From: Nitrospirales bacterium
GTDB taxonomy: Bacteria > Nitrospirota > Nitrospiria > Nitrospirales > UBA8639
NCBI GenBank assembly: GCA_965203295.1
Contig: CBDBCZ010000018.1
Location: 32,001 to 96,000 of the forward strand
DNA: 64,000 nucleotides
Direction: 5' to 3'
Shown here: positions 24,771 to 34,770 of the stretch, in pieces
Layout: each line of letters starts with the position of its first letter
How positions within the stretch are numbered: position 1 is the stretch's first letter
Notes under the pieces: generated by a model
Databases searched by the model: none
Told to the model about the DNA's origin: nothing
The model's input: the letters and a program-made list of their open reading frames with translations, nothing else
Program-made: the position numbers and the translations under genes

Positions 24771-26003
24771 GTAATTATTGGACCTCCCCTTCCTGTAGAA
24801 GTGGTGTCTTTTGTGTAATAGAAAAGGTCTAATTTAGCTTTGGTGTGATCAAAAAATGCTACTATCACTTCCTGTGAATGGTCATTATTGAATATTTAAC
24901 TTACCGTAAAGCTGTAACTACGAGATAACAAATAAAGTGTCTAATTTAGATGCTTGTATATGTTTTGTGAGTGGGTGGGTACCATCACATTCTGATAGTT
25001 CGGGCATTATTGGATGTTTCAATTTTCATAAAGGTTGTAATATCCATAGAGCGCAATGGGGTGCTCTGATATTGTCAGAAGTTGTGTGCATAAAGTCAGT
25101 GTGTTGGTATAAGTACTTCCTCTGAGTTTGATTGTTATTGACTTGATGTTCTGCGCTACACGTATTACTGCATTATAGTATGCCATGTTCAAAGCGCTCA
25201 ACAGCCTGCCCATCAACCCCAATGCATCATTGAGAGCTTTACATGCCAAACATAAATTGTTTGATTATGAGTTAATCTGTACTTCCTGTAAGGCTTTTAA
25301 CGCCTTCACCAAAAAATTTGATCGGCCATCAAAAAAATATGGTCACCATGTAGCTTGCTTTGTAAACTGTCCAATTATGAAAAAAAAAACGATTTTTTCA
25401 CACCTCCGCCCCTTTTTCACACCTTTTAAAAAAAGCTGGAAATAGGTCCTGGAGTTGTTAGTAACCCATTGAAAAAGTATTAGAGTGATCTGACGCTTCA
25501 ATTTTTAGAAATTCTCTATGAAGGGTTTTGGTAGATCACATGATATCTCCTGATCCAGCACATGGTATTTTTCTCTGAAAGTTGTGGATGCAGTTGACTT
25601 TATGTGAGTTTTTATGCGTAATTTTTCAATACCTGCAGCGGTGAAACTTGGCTATTCCTTCACTTTTGCGCTCAGTCTAACTACTTTCCCGTTTTTGGAA
25701 CTACCCTACACTTTTTTAAAGACCTGGAAGACTTTTAGAGGTAAGAAAAGTTTTAGTGTACAGTGCTCCAGAGCAAGAGAGCAAATGTTTTCTTTTATCA
25801 TACTTTTGCACTGTATGCATTGCCAGCATTCCTATTAGTGAGAATAAGTTAGAATAATACTAAACCAACGCGAAAAACAGGTTATTCCTTGAGATACCGA
25901 TTTTCCCTATAGTAGCCATACTTAAGCGATGAGATTGGTGACATCACGGGGAACGGGGAATCCCCTACTTTGAATCCGTTTACAGCTACGGTTTGAGGTT
26001 TCA

Positions 26004-27337
26004 ATGATGGAATGCGCTATTGCTTCTACTGCTTCTACTGCAACCGGTTATTTTCAGAACCAAACCGCGACTTCCTGTGCTATCTCTGGAGCTAGAAGGC
26101 CAAGGGCTGTGCTTCTGGATGTCAGCAATATTGAACCCATACGGAAGAGAGCCTGCACAGTGAAGGCTGAGAAACTAATCAGCATGCAGCAGAAAAAGCG
26201 AGCTCCCAGGGGCAATGCTAGAGCTGGCAGTACTTCCAGGTGGACCAGCAGTGGTGAACCTACTGGAGACCCTACTGTGAAAGACCAGCAACTGTCACGG
26301 GAAACACTGCAACAGATTTTGCAATGTGAGAGGAAAACATTTGATATGGGGCATGAAAGAATCGGTACATACGTTGATGCAAATGTGGGCTTGGAAACCC
26401 ACAAAGCATTTGCTCTTCTTGTGTTCAGCACTGCCATCACAACATGGGGCCTGGGCATTTTAGAGGCTGCACAACGTGCATCTGATGTCACAGGTGTTTC
26501 GGCATACACTGTTCGAAAGTGGGCGTCATTGTACTACTTGGCACTCATTGGCACTCCACCTGATGACATCGACAATAAGATGGTTGGTGACTTGCTGTCG
26601 TCGGAGAAGGGCAAACATTGTGGAAATGCCGGGAGCATACTACATGACGAAGAGTTTCGCCTTAGTGCACGGGAGTTTGTCCACTGCCATGCTTACAAGA
26701 GAGGGGAGCCCAACATGACAACCAAGGACTTCCGCGACTGGATTGAAGAAAGATTTGGTGTGTCAGTTTGCATTGAAACAGCTCGTGTCTGGCTACATGA
26801 CCTGGGTTTCACGCAGAAGCATCACCACAAGACGGTGTATTTCGATGGCCATGAACGGGAGGATGTAGTTGCGTACAGAAAGGAGTATGTCAACAAGATG
26901 GACGAATTGGATCGACGATGCCTGTATCCAGGCCATACTCCTGAGCTCCTTCCAGGTGAGAAGCCTTTAATACAGATGAGTCTACCTTTTATGCAAACGC
27001 TGACCAGTCATCTCATTGGGGGGATGGAGCTCTGAGTAACTTGAAGCAAAAGTCGCTTGGGCAATCCGTCATGGTTTCTGACTTCATTGAGGAGGCAGGT
27101 GGAGAATACCTCAAACATGGTGGCGAAGAGGCACGTTTACGTCTGGAGACTCAACTGAGGGATATTTTGACAATGAAAAACTTCTTGTTCAGGTCGACAA
27201 AGCCATTGATATCTTTGATCCAGCAGCACAAGCTTTGTTCCTGTTCGACAATGCACCATCGCATAAGAAGTGCTCAGATGAGACATTAAATGCAGAGAAA
27301 ATGAATGTTCGGCCTGGTGGAAAACAACCTGTCATGA
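26004..27337 (+). pseudogene. IS630/Tc1/mariner-superfamily DDE transposase, frameshifted and cut off by the viral element
   Basis: TARVWLHDLGF, YFDGHEREDVVAYR, a frameshifted DES-like motif, MVSDFI and FLFDNAPSH..MNVRPGGKQPVM. Confidence 0.7.
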
Positions 27338-27644
27338 CCTTCCTTGCGGCTTCCTCAGGCTGTAGGGATTCTAGGGTGGTTCTGTTAGCCAGGACAAACC
27401 CAATTACTGAGCCTCTGTCAGCTGAATCGAGCTTAGCTGCGAGCGTCCCTGCCACAATTTTGTCGACTTGTGATGTCTGTTTAGACATAGTTTTTTTCTC
27501 AACTTTAGAGCGCTGAACAGACAAAATGCCACCAAACCTAACTCTAACACACTTTTGCCTATACCTCTGCTTATACATTGCGCATGCGCACTACACAACA
27601 AACACAATAATGTCTAGGATAGTCACAACATGTCAGGGTAGTCT

Positions 27645-28355
27645 CTATTTCTTCTGTGGAAAGAACTTGAGAGCGTCTCGGGCCGGGGCAAGGGTATAGT
27701 CTTTTAGGTGTATCTCGTCGACTGGTAACTCAGCTGGAACACTATCAAACGATCTCAGACCTCTCACAAGCACAATGAACTCTGTGCTGTCATCCACACA
27801 TGTGACAATAGCTTCTCCTCACAGTGTTTTAATGTCGTGCTCTGGCAGCTCAGCCTCATGCCCCAGGAGTTTGAAAGACACCCTGAGTGCATCGTGGTAG
27901 GGCTGTCGACTCTCTCTGACACAGTGTTTGAAGAGGAGTTCAAGCTTGTGTATCATCTCTGCGCTTCTACCGTCGTTGAACTCTTCTTGGATCTTGTGGG
28001 TGGCCACATACTCCATACACTTTCCTGTTTCTGTGGCTGTCACAGTAGGGTATCTGTTCTTCAGAACTTCAGCTAAGGCTACGTATACACTAGCCGTGGT
28101 GGGAGCGCACATTGCTGCCTGTAATCTTCTTTTCTTTTGATGGAGAGTAACAAAGGATTCAACAGCGGATGCTGCTTTGCTCTCTGGGAGATATTTCAGA
28201 GCTTCAAAACCGATCCTATCGATTGCTTCTGCTAAACCGACTCTATCCATCTGGTGATGTGGTGGGTGTGTCTCGTGATCCAGGAAGTTTACAGCATCTG
28301 CATCAGCATAGTACCCCCACACACTCCCCAAGCTCTCTCTCTCTAAACAGTTCAT
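27645..28355 (-). pseudogene. Viral ORF236, copy A, premature stop (TGG>TGA) at 27819
   Basis: The 178-aa ORF matches the first part of 55917..56627. Confidence 0.7.
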
Positions 28356-28440
28356 TCTACTTCAAACTATACATGTATGTGTGGTCTAGTACAACATTCC
28401 AAACAATCAATATACTAATCCAATAAGTTCTGTGGTATCT

Positions 28441-28695
28441 TCAGCGCTGTGGCGGAACAGGTGTGGCTATGAGGAGTGGCTCCCAGAGTGTAAGCCATTC
28501 TGAAGCAATGTTGGATGTGTATGTAGGTCCACACAGCGACCCAAAGGGGTGTTCAGGGGTGCCTTTTAGCTCTCCTCCGTCTGTTGACTCCATCCCAGCA
28601 TCACCAGCAGTAGCCTTGGCCTCTGTAGGGGTGAGATATTTAAAGTACATTACACAATCTCGTGCCTGTGGTGTGCTCACCTCCTTGTTCTCCAA
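28441..28695 (-). CDS. Viral ORF84, copy A, hypothetical
   Basis: Conserved in both copies; fills the gap between ORF278 and ORF236. Confidence 0.5.
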   Translation of the reverse strand: MENKEVSTPQARDCVMYFKYLTPTEAKATAGDAGMESTDGGELKGTPEHPFGSLCGPTYTSNIASEWLTLWEPLLIATPVPPQR

Positions 28696-29476
28696 TAGTC
28701 AGCTTCATTTCTGCAATTTTGGTAGCTGCATCTATAGCTTCTTTAAAATCACCTGTCCAGGTGTATTTAACAGGGTGGTGGTGGTTCATGAAATCTACTT
28801 CTTTGGTCACTACAACTTTCCCAGTGCCAGCTTCAAAGTGGACACCTTCTGTGTCCTTTCTATAGATGGCATACCCAAGTGCCTCAAAGTTGAGCGGTAT
28901 CAGGGCAAATGGGGGGGCGTGACTCGCGTTGTCGTCCAGTTTGCCGTTGGCAAATGCAGGTGGAATAAGGGTGACAGCGTAATAGTTTTCAACACCCTCA
29001 GATTCCTGGCTGATATAGAACACAGATGCAAATGTGTGTGCTCCAACTCTAGCGCCATTGACCTGGTGCACCTGGCTGTACGATAGCCACAGGTTGTCTG
29101 ACCCAGCTGTGGCCTGGAAGGCTGTTGTAAATGGGATACACTTGTACCCTTCTTCTCCACAGAAGACACTCAACTCAGTGGCTGTGGGAGGTGGTATGAT
29201 CACCTCTGCACCGACTTCAAACCCTTCAAACGCGCCTGTCGCAGTCTTGACGATTAGGTTCTTCTTAGCTGGTTGTGCCACCAAGAAGCTAGCACCATTG
29301 TTGCCCTGGGTGACTATTGCAATCACGATAGAGTGCGTCATAGCTCTGTATTTCTTGATATCTGCACTAGCGCGGGTTAGTTGTTGTGTAGCAGTCTCAA
29401 CTGTCTCTACAGCCGCTGCCTTGAATCTAGCTAACTCTTTCTTAGTCCTTTTCAGTGTAGCTTTTCTACAAATCAT
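28640..29476 (-). CDS. Viral ORF278, copy A, hypothetical; N-terminal coiled-coil-like segment then beta-rich
   Basis: Intact ATG ORF in both copies. Confidence 0.7.
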   Translation of the reverse strand: MICRKATLKRTKKELARFKAAAVETVETATQQLTRASADIKKYRAMTHSIVIAIVTQGNNGASFLVAQPAKKNLIVKTATGAFEGFEVGAEVIIPPPTATELSVFCGEEGYKCIPFTTAFQATAGSDNLWLSYSQVHQVNGARVGAHTFASVFYISQESEGVENYYAVTLIPPAFANGKLDDNASHAPPFALIPLNFEALGYAIYRKDTEGVHFEAGTGKVVVTKEVDFMNHHHPVKYTWTGDFKEAIDAATKIAEMKLTIGEQGGEHTTGTRLCNVL

Positions 29477-30087
29477 TGTGGGTGTGGCTAGGTCGCGTGA
29501 TGTTGAAATTGTTAGAGTCTCCCACCTTATTTATGGCCTCAGCCAGAGGTAAATTGTGTACTGGCCCAGACTGCGACGAGAATACTGAGCATCATGTACT
29601 CTCAAATACTACTGTGCAAGCTGATCAGAACCAGTCGTCGTGGATAAACAACATCCTGACCCACTTTGACTCTGAACTAGCTGCCTCTCCCCACACTATA
29701 GACTCAACTGATGGTCATGAACCTGTAACTCTGTTCCTTGATTCAAAGGCGAGCACTAAAGTCAGCAAAGGAAAGGTGTCTACCCCTCTGGCTTGTTTGG
29801 TTGTCCCTCATGCAGATGGTGGGCACGGTTGGCACATCTATCACCTACTTGGCTTAGATGACAATAAGGCTCCAAATGCTTTTAAAGAGCTGACCGGAAA
29901 CCTTGCTGATTTAGCCCAGGGCGCCCAGATAGAGGGGGAAGCAAGCGTCCCAGTCCATGCTGAACTCGGTTCATCGTTTGGCGATACAATCAAGAAGGTT
30001 GGGAGTGGGATATTCAAGTTCTTGACTCACACAGTGACTGGTGGCCTAAGCAATGTGTTAGGTAGTGTCATTGGTGGATTGTTGTAA
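29476..30087 (+). CDS. Viral ORF203, copy A, with amphipathic Gly-rich C-terminus; start codon uncertain
   Basis: Ends SFGDTIKKVGSGIFKFLTHTVTGGLSNVLGSVIGGLL; identical in both copies. Confidence 0.65.
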   Translation: MWVWLGRVMLKLLESPTLFMASARGKLCTGPDCDENTEHHVLSNTTVQADQNQSSWINNILTHFDSELAASPHTIDSTDGHEPVTLFLDSKASTKVSKGKVSTPLACLVVPHADGGHGWHIYHLLGLDDNKAPNAFKELTGNLADLAQGAQIEGEASVPVHAELGSSFGDTIKKVGSGIFKFLTHTVTGGLSNVLGSVIGGLL

Positions 30088-30154
30088 ACTTTATATCAAA
30101 CATATTGTGCACAATGCTCAATGGGGGTGAAGGGGGTTATTTTCTGCTAAAGTG

Positions 30155-31624
30155 TCACTCAATGTTCCTCCACGGGAGGTTATCTGGGTCAAGGGCGAGA
30201 TCTGGATATTCAGACTGTGGTAGTCCATCTAGGAGGGTCTGCAAGTCTCTCTTCAAGTGTTGGGGTGTGGTGATTTGATAGTCAGGGGACATCCGCTGGT
30301 TCTGTGGTTTGTTTAGAGTGTATTCACGGAATCTGCAGGTGGAGTATACACAATTAATTGCATAGGTACTTTACTTTAATTAAGTGTTGTTTACATACCT
30401 CGCCTCAAACTCAAGCACTCTAGTGCTGTCTCCTTTGAGTAGCTCCAGGGGGGTGTAGTTTGAGAGTATTATTGTGAAACCTGCATACCTAACAGTGGTT
30501 TGTCCCTGCAGTTTCTTTGCAACTCTGATCTTGTTCTTTGGTCCACCCTCTGTAATCATGTTAAATTCTGGGGGAGGGATACTGGATATCAGGTGGATGT
30601 GTGCTTCATCAAGTAGCCATATAGCATCTGATGCTTTCTGGCCAAAGGCACAGGCTGTGAAAGCTGAACTGTGCTCTGCTGCAACGTTAAAGCAGCGTGG
30701 ATAAAACACACTCTCCAGCAGCTCCTTAAAGGTGGTTTTCCCAGCATTTGGGACACCTTTTATGAAAATCTGCTTAGCCTTTCTCACTCTGGGGTACATG
30801 TATGTTGATAGATGGGTAATGAGCATCTTTGCTTCTCTGGGAGACATCCTTGCTCTAAGCCAAGCGCACAACTCAGCTTGTGCAACCCCAGGTACATAGG
30901 GTCCCTTGGGTGAAGGTGGAGCAGAATCAAAAGAGTCCTCGTTTAGGTCTCTATCTATCTCTTTGATCTTTGCATCACTGAACATGAATCCAAGGGGATT
31001 ACTCTCTTTCCATCTAAGTGAGGTAAGCACTGATCTAGGGTCTCTGTGTTTGGTGCCACTTTTGCCAGGGGCTTTCTTGCACTGGTGGTATACAAACTTC
31101 ATGGCAGTTATTTCCTGTCTTTGTTTGAGGGTACACCCTGATTCTGCCTCACCCAATATAGGGTTTTCTGGTGGGGGAATAGGTGTGGTTTCTAGAGGTG
31201 TCACTGTTTCGAGAAGAATAGGGTGTTGTCTCTGTGCCACCTCTGAGAGCCAATAGGTGAGGTGTTGGCTGTATACAGCTATTTTACATGTAAACTTGCT
31301 CTCTAAAGAGCCTAGAGTCCGCATAGAGAGGTGGCTTCTTTTGTTGGCAGCTGTTTTTATGGTGTAGGCAAGTATCTTCTCAGCATGTGATTGGGTTGAG
31401 ATCATAGGATCTCCTGGGCCTTTCTGTTTCATTGCTTTCTCCCTGATGTGGGTGTTGTTCACTTGTATGTGTATGTGATCACTAGCATGGTATTTGGTGA
31501 GCTTAGGTTTGTAATGGTGTCCCATTGGTACTTGGCCTCTGTTGGCCAGCATCATGAGCCCAATGTGTATGTGGGCATTTCCCTTGAGGGTTGGCTTTGA
31601 GACTGCTGCATACCCAGAGGCCAT
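30155..31624 (-). CDS. Rep C-terminal part, copy A: HUH motifs II and III plus SF3 helicase; predicted intron 30333-30398
   Basis: GNAHIHIGL, AYTIK, Walker A GVPNAGKTT, Walker B WLLDEA, motif C IILSN; splicing restores FEARFREYTL and 58 further codons. Confidence 0.85.
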
Positions 31625-31652
31625 TTCGTCTGCTGCTGCTGCTGTGTGGTGC

Positions 31653-34600
31653 TCAGTCTGCAGGGGGGGGGACTACATCAGGTTCTTGAGGCTCTTCCTT
31701 CTTCTTGCTTCTCTGCTTGCCCGGGTGTGTCTCTATACAACTGCTGTAAACTAGTGGGATGGCATTTATCTCTCTCATCATTGCTTCAAGGTTGTTTTGT
31801 ATGTGTGGCAGGCTGAGGACTGCCCTCATGTATGTTTCAGGTGTAGCCATATTCACAGAGGATGTAATGGTAATAAAGGCACAGTGGAACTGGTGCCCCA
31901 GGTTGTCTCTCTCTGCACCCTGTATTCCAGCTATGAGGTGGTGGTGGGTGAGGTCCCAGGTTTTGCATCTTTTGTCATTACATTTAGGTGTGACTGACAA
32001 GGCTTCCTGTATACTCTCACCAATTTTGTTTGGTGCTACTATGCATGGTAGGCCTTCTTCAATAAACTTTGCTGCATCTGCACATCCATAGGCAAAATGT
32101 GGCAGTACAGGGTGTGTGGTCTGAGTGAATACAGAGTCTCCCTCTTCAATAGCAGCATATAATGCAGCATTAGACTGCATACTGTATGAGGCTTTGTATA
32201 GCTCTGTGAGGTTTTCTGTATTGTTTTGGTCCCATGCTTTCTGAAGGATTTGTTTCCTGTATTCTTTCAGGGTCTGGTCAAAGCCACCATATAGGCTGAA
32301 TATGGGGAGTAGAAATGGGGCTGATTCACCCTCTACTTTTAGGTCAAAGTGTTTGTCTGTCCCAATGTCTGAGAAGAAGTTGACAGCAAGTTTGGACTTT
32401 AGCTGGGTGGACCAGTAGTGCCAGTTACTGTGTATTTCAGGTACAGGGGTGTCTGGGTGTCTGTGACTCACAGTGGCTGCTGCTAGAAGCAGATCTTGCC
32501 CCTGATCAAAGCTGTAGGTGAGGGTCTCTCCACTGATCTTGAGGCATGCTATCTGTGATTTTTTAAACTGTTGTCTAGTGGGTTTGGTGAGAGCTGAGAT
32601 TGCCACCCCATGGTACATTTCTTGTAACCTCCACTTGGGAACAGCAAAGGCCCTGTTCACTGTATCAGGTGTTATTTGGTTTTGACAGATTTTGATTGAG
32701 AGTTGTTCCTCTTGCTGTATCTTTGTCACTAACCACCAGAAAGGGGCCTCAATCTCATCTACGTCTCGCCTCACAGCTAGGAAGAGGGTCTGGGAGAGTA
32801 ACTGTACACTCTGCCTGTCTAGGTAGAGGTTGCTACACTTATACCCATACAGGCACCTGATCCAGTTCTCACTCCATTTGTGTTTGACATATTGCAGTAT
32901 CTTGGCATATGCTCTCTTAAACCTTCCTCTGAGTGCAGCTGTTTGCACCTCTCCAAGTATGTCTGACACACACTTATCTGTTGCTCCAGGGATAGGATAT
33001 TTGCTAGTGGGTGGTGGTTCAATGGCTGGCATCTGTGTCAGCATGCTAGTAGGGTAATATTCTCTGTGTATGTCAAGAGCTCTGAAGAACTGTTGGTGAA
33101 GGTTGGGGGTAGTAGGAATATTCCCAGAGAAGTGTTGGCCAGAGAGGGTGATATATATCACTCCATTTATGTGAGGGTTGTTTACCTCTGAGGCATTTAT
33201 AGCAGACCATTTGTTGTGACTCTTCAGAAAGGCTATGTATCCCTTAAGGTGACAGTATGCTTCCAGTTCAAATGTTGTCCCCCAGGACCCCTCACCCATG
33301 ACTTTCTGTAACTCTGTGTCTGCAGCCTTTGCTGATGTGTGGTGTATTTTACATTCAGAGTGATGTTGCATTATTTGGTTCTTAATCACTGGCCAATCAC
33401 TTACTTTGCCAGGTTGCATGACACCTTGTGGATGTTTGGACACAGCAATAGCTCTGTACAGGCAGTTTCCATCTGCTAATGTATTTATTGGTCTCAGGTG
33501 CTTCTGGATTTCTCGCAGTGTACCTCTGCCAGCCTTTTCTAGGCCATAGGTGATCATCACTTCTGGTTCTTCTGCAATAGAGGCCTGTTCTAGCTGTGAT
33601 GTTTCTATTTGTTGCTTGATGGTATTCTGGATGTTAGCAATGTCTGCCACTTTGGACAATAGGCTCTGTTCTTCCTCTTCATCTGAACTGTTGAGTTCCC
33701 CAACCTGCTCCAAGAGGCTTTCTCTTACTCTCTTAAGGATTGTGGGTGCAGCTCCCTTGGTGGGGGTAGATTGCATAGGGAGTGTCAGTTGCTTATGTCT
33801 CTTGACTGGTGTTGTAATACTTTCTGCATCACTTTCCTCTTGTCCTTCAGATTCACTAGAGTCTAGAATGAATGTCACCCTTTTCTTTGCTCTAGTAGGT
33901 GAGGGTGTTGGGGTGGATTGTGTACTTACCTCAGGTGAGGGTGTATAGATGCACCCATAGTTTAGCCCTGGGCTGTCAGGTGGAGTAGTGTTTGCTTGTG
34001 TGTCTGCTGTTTCCATCTGAAGCACTTCTGCTTTACTGTGGACTGGTGTTTGGTGTAGACCTTCATATTCAAATTGGGTTTGGAACTCCTCTCTGATCTG
34101 CTGTTGGTCTCTCACTGCCTGTTCAATAGCCTCTTGGTGCCACCTTTTCTCTGTGTTATATTGCACCTGCAATTCTAACCTCTGGACTGCTAGGCTGTGT
34201 TGGTATGCAGTGAACATTTCTTTTTCATAGCTGGTCATGTGTTGGTTGGTGGGTTTAGGGTGGTTTTTTTTGTATATTCTGTTGAATTGGGCCTGTGTTG
34301 AGTGGGCTTGAAAGATAGGTGGCCTAGGTGGTTTGTCTTTGTAGTGGTAGTCAGCTGCTTGTATTTGGTCTTGCATTGCTCTAAGCAAGGTATCCCTCCT
34401 TGTTAATCTCTCTCCCTGTGTTGAGCATTGAGTCCTCATTGGGGGTGTAATAGCTAGTGTGTGGGTAGGGGGGCTTCTTGGGGGTGCTGTGTAGAGTTGT
34501 GATATTGGAGGTGGGAGGGGTGGAGGTGTTTCTTCCATTGTTACATCACACATATTGGGGGGGTGCTTAATTGGTGGAGGGGTGCCTTGTTCAACTGATT

Positions 34601-34733
34601 CATCATTTATGAAATCTACCATAGACTCACTTGCACTGTTACTACTCTCTGTTTCTGATGTGCTATTGTGCTCTGCCTCTGTAAGAATAAACTCTGTGTG
34701 TTTGTGTGTGTGCATGTGTGCAGTGGTGTTCAT
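31653..34733 (-). CDS. Rep N-terminal part, copy A (1026 aa): acidic E1-like N-terminus, OTU cysteine protease, putative HUH motif I
   Basis: FILTEAE..MVDFINDESVEQG; ADGNCLYRAIA..WG..SGQHF; AFITITS..SCIETHPG near the C-terminus. Confidence 0.8.
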   Translation of the reverse strand: MNTTAHMHTHKHTEFILTEAEHNSTSETESSNSASESMVDFINDESVEQGTPPPIKHPPNMCDVTMEETPPPLPPPISQLYTAPPRSPPTHTLAITPPMRTQCSTQGERLTRRDTLLRAMQDQIQAADYHYKDKPPRPPIFQAHSTQAQFNRIYKKNHPKPTNQHMTSYEKEMFTAYQHSLAVQRLELQVQYNTEKRWHQEAIEQAVRDQQQIREEFQTQFEYEGLHQTPVHSKAEVLQMETADTQANTTPPDSPGLNYGCIYTPSPEVSTQSTPTPSPTRAKKRVTFILDSSESEGQEESDAESITTPVKRHKQLTLPMQSTPTKGAAPTILKRVRESLLEQVGELNSSDEEEEQSLLSKVADIANIQNTIKQQIETSQLEQASIAEEPEVMITYGLEKAGRGTLREIQKHLRPINTLADGNCLYRAIAVSKHPQGVMQPGKVSDWPVIKNQIMQHHSECKIHHTSAKAADTELQKVMGEGSWGTTFELEAYCHLKGYIAFLKSHNKWSAINASEVNNPHINGVIYITLSGQHFSGNIPTTPNLHQQFFRALDIHREYYPTSMLTQMPAIEPPPTSKYPIPGATDKCVSDILGEVQTAALRGRFKRAYAKILQYVKHKWSENWIRCLYGYKCSNLYLDRQSVQLLSQTLFLAVRRDVDEIEAPFWWLVTKIQQEEQLSIKICQNQITPDTVNRAFAVPKWRLQEMYHGVAISALTKPTRQQFKKSQIACLKISGETLTYSFDQGQDLLLAAATVSHRHPDTPVPEIHSNWHYWSTQLKSKLAVNFFSDIGTDKHFDLKVEGESAPFLLPIFSLYGGFDQTLKEYRKQILQKAWDQNNTENLTELYKASYSMQSNAALYAAIEEGDSVFTQTTHPVLPHFAYGCADAAKFIEEGLPCIVAPNKIGESIQEALSVTPKCNDKRCKTWDLTHHHLIAGIQGAERDNLGHQFHCAFITITSSVNMATPETYMRAVLSLPHIQNNLEAMMREINAIPLVYSSCIETHPGKQRSKKKEEPQEPDVVPPPAD

Positions 34734-34770
34734 GTGTATCTCTGCAGGATGCTTTCAAGCTCTGTCTTAA

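Noticed and set aside
28463..29552. Antisense ORFs of 207 and 172 aa over ORF278
   Set aside because: Non-ATG starts and no motifs; presence in near-identical copies is uninformative.
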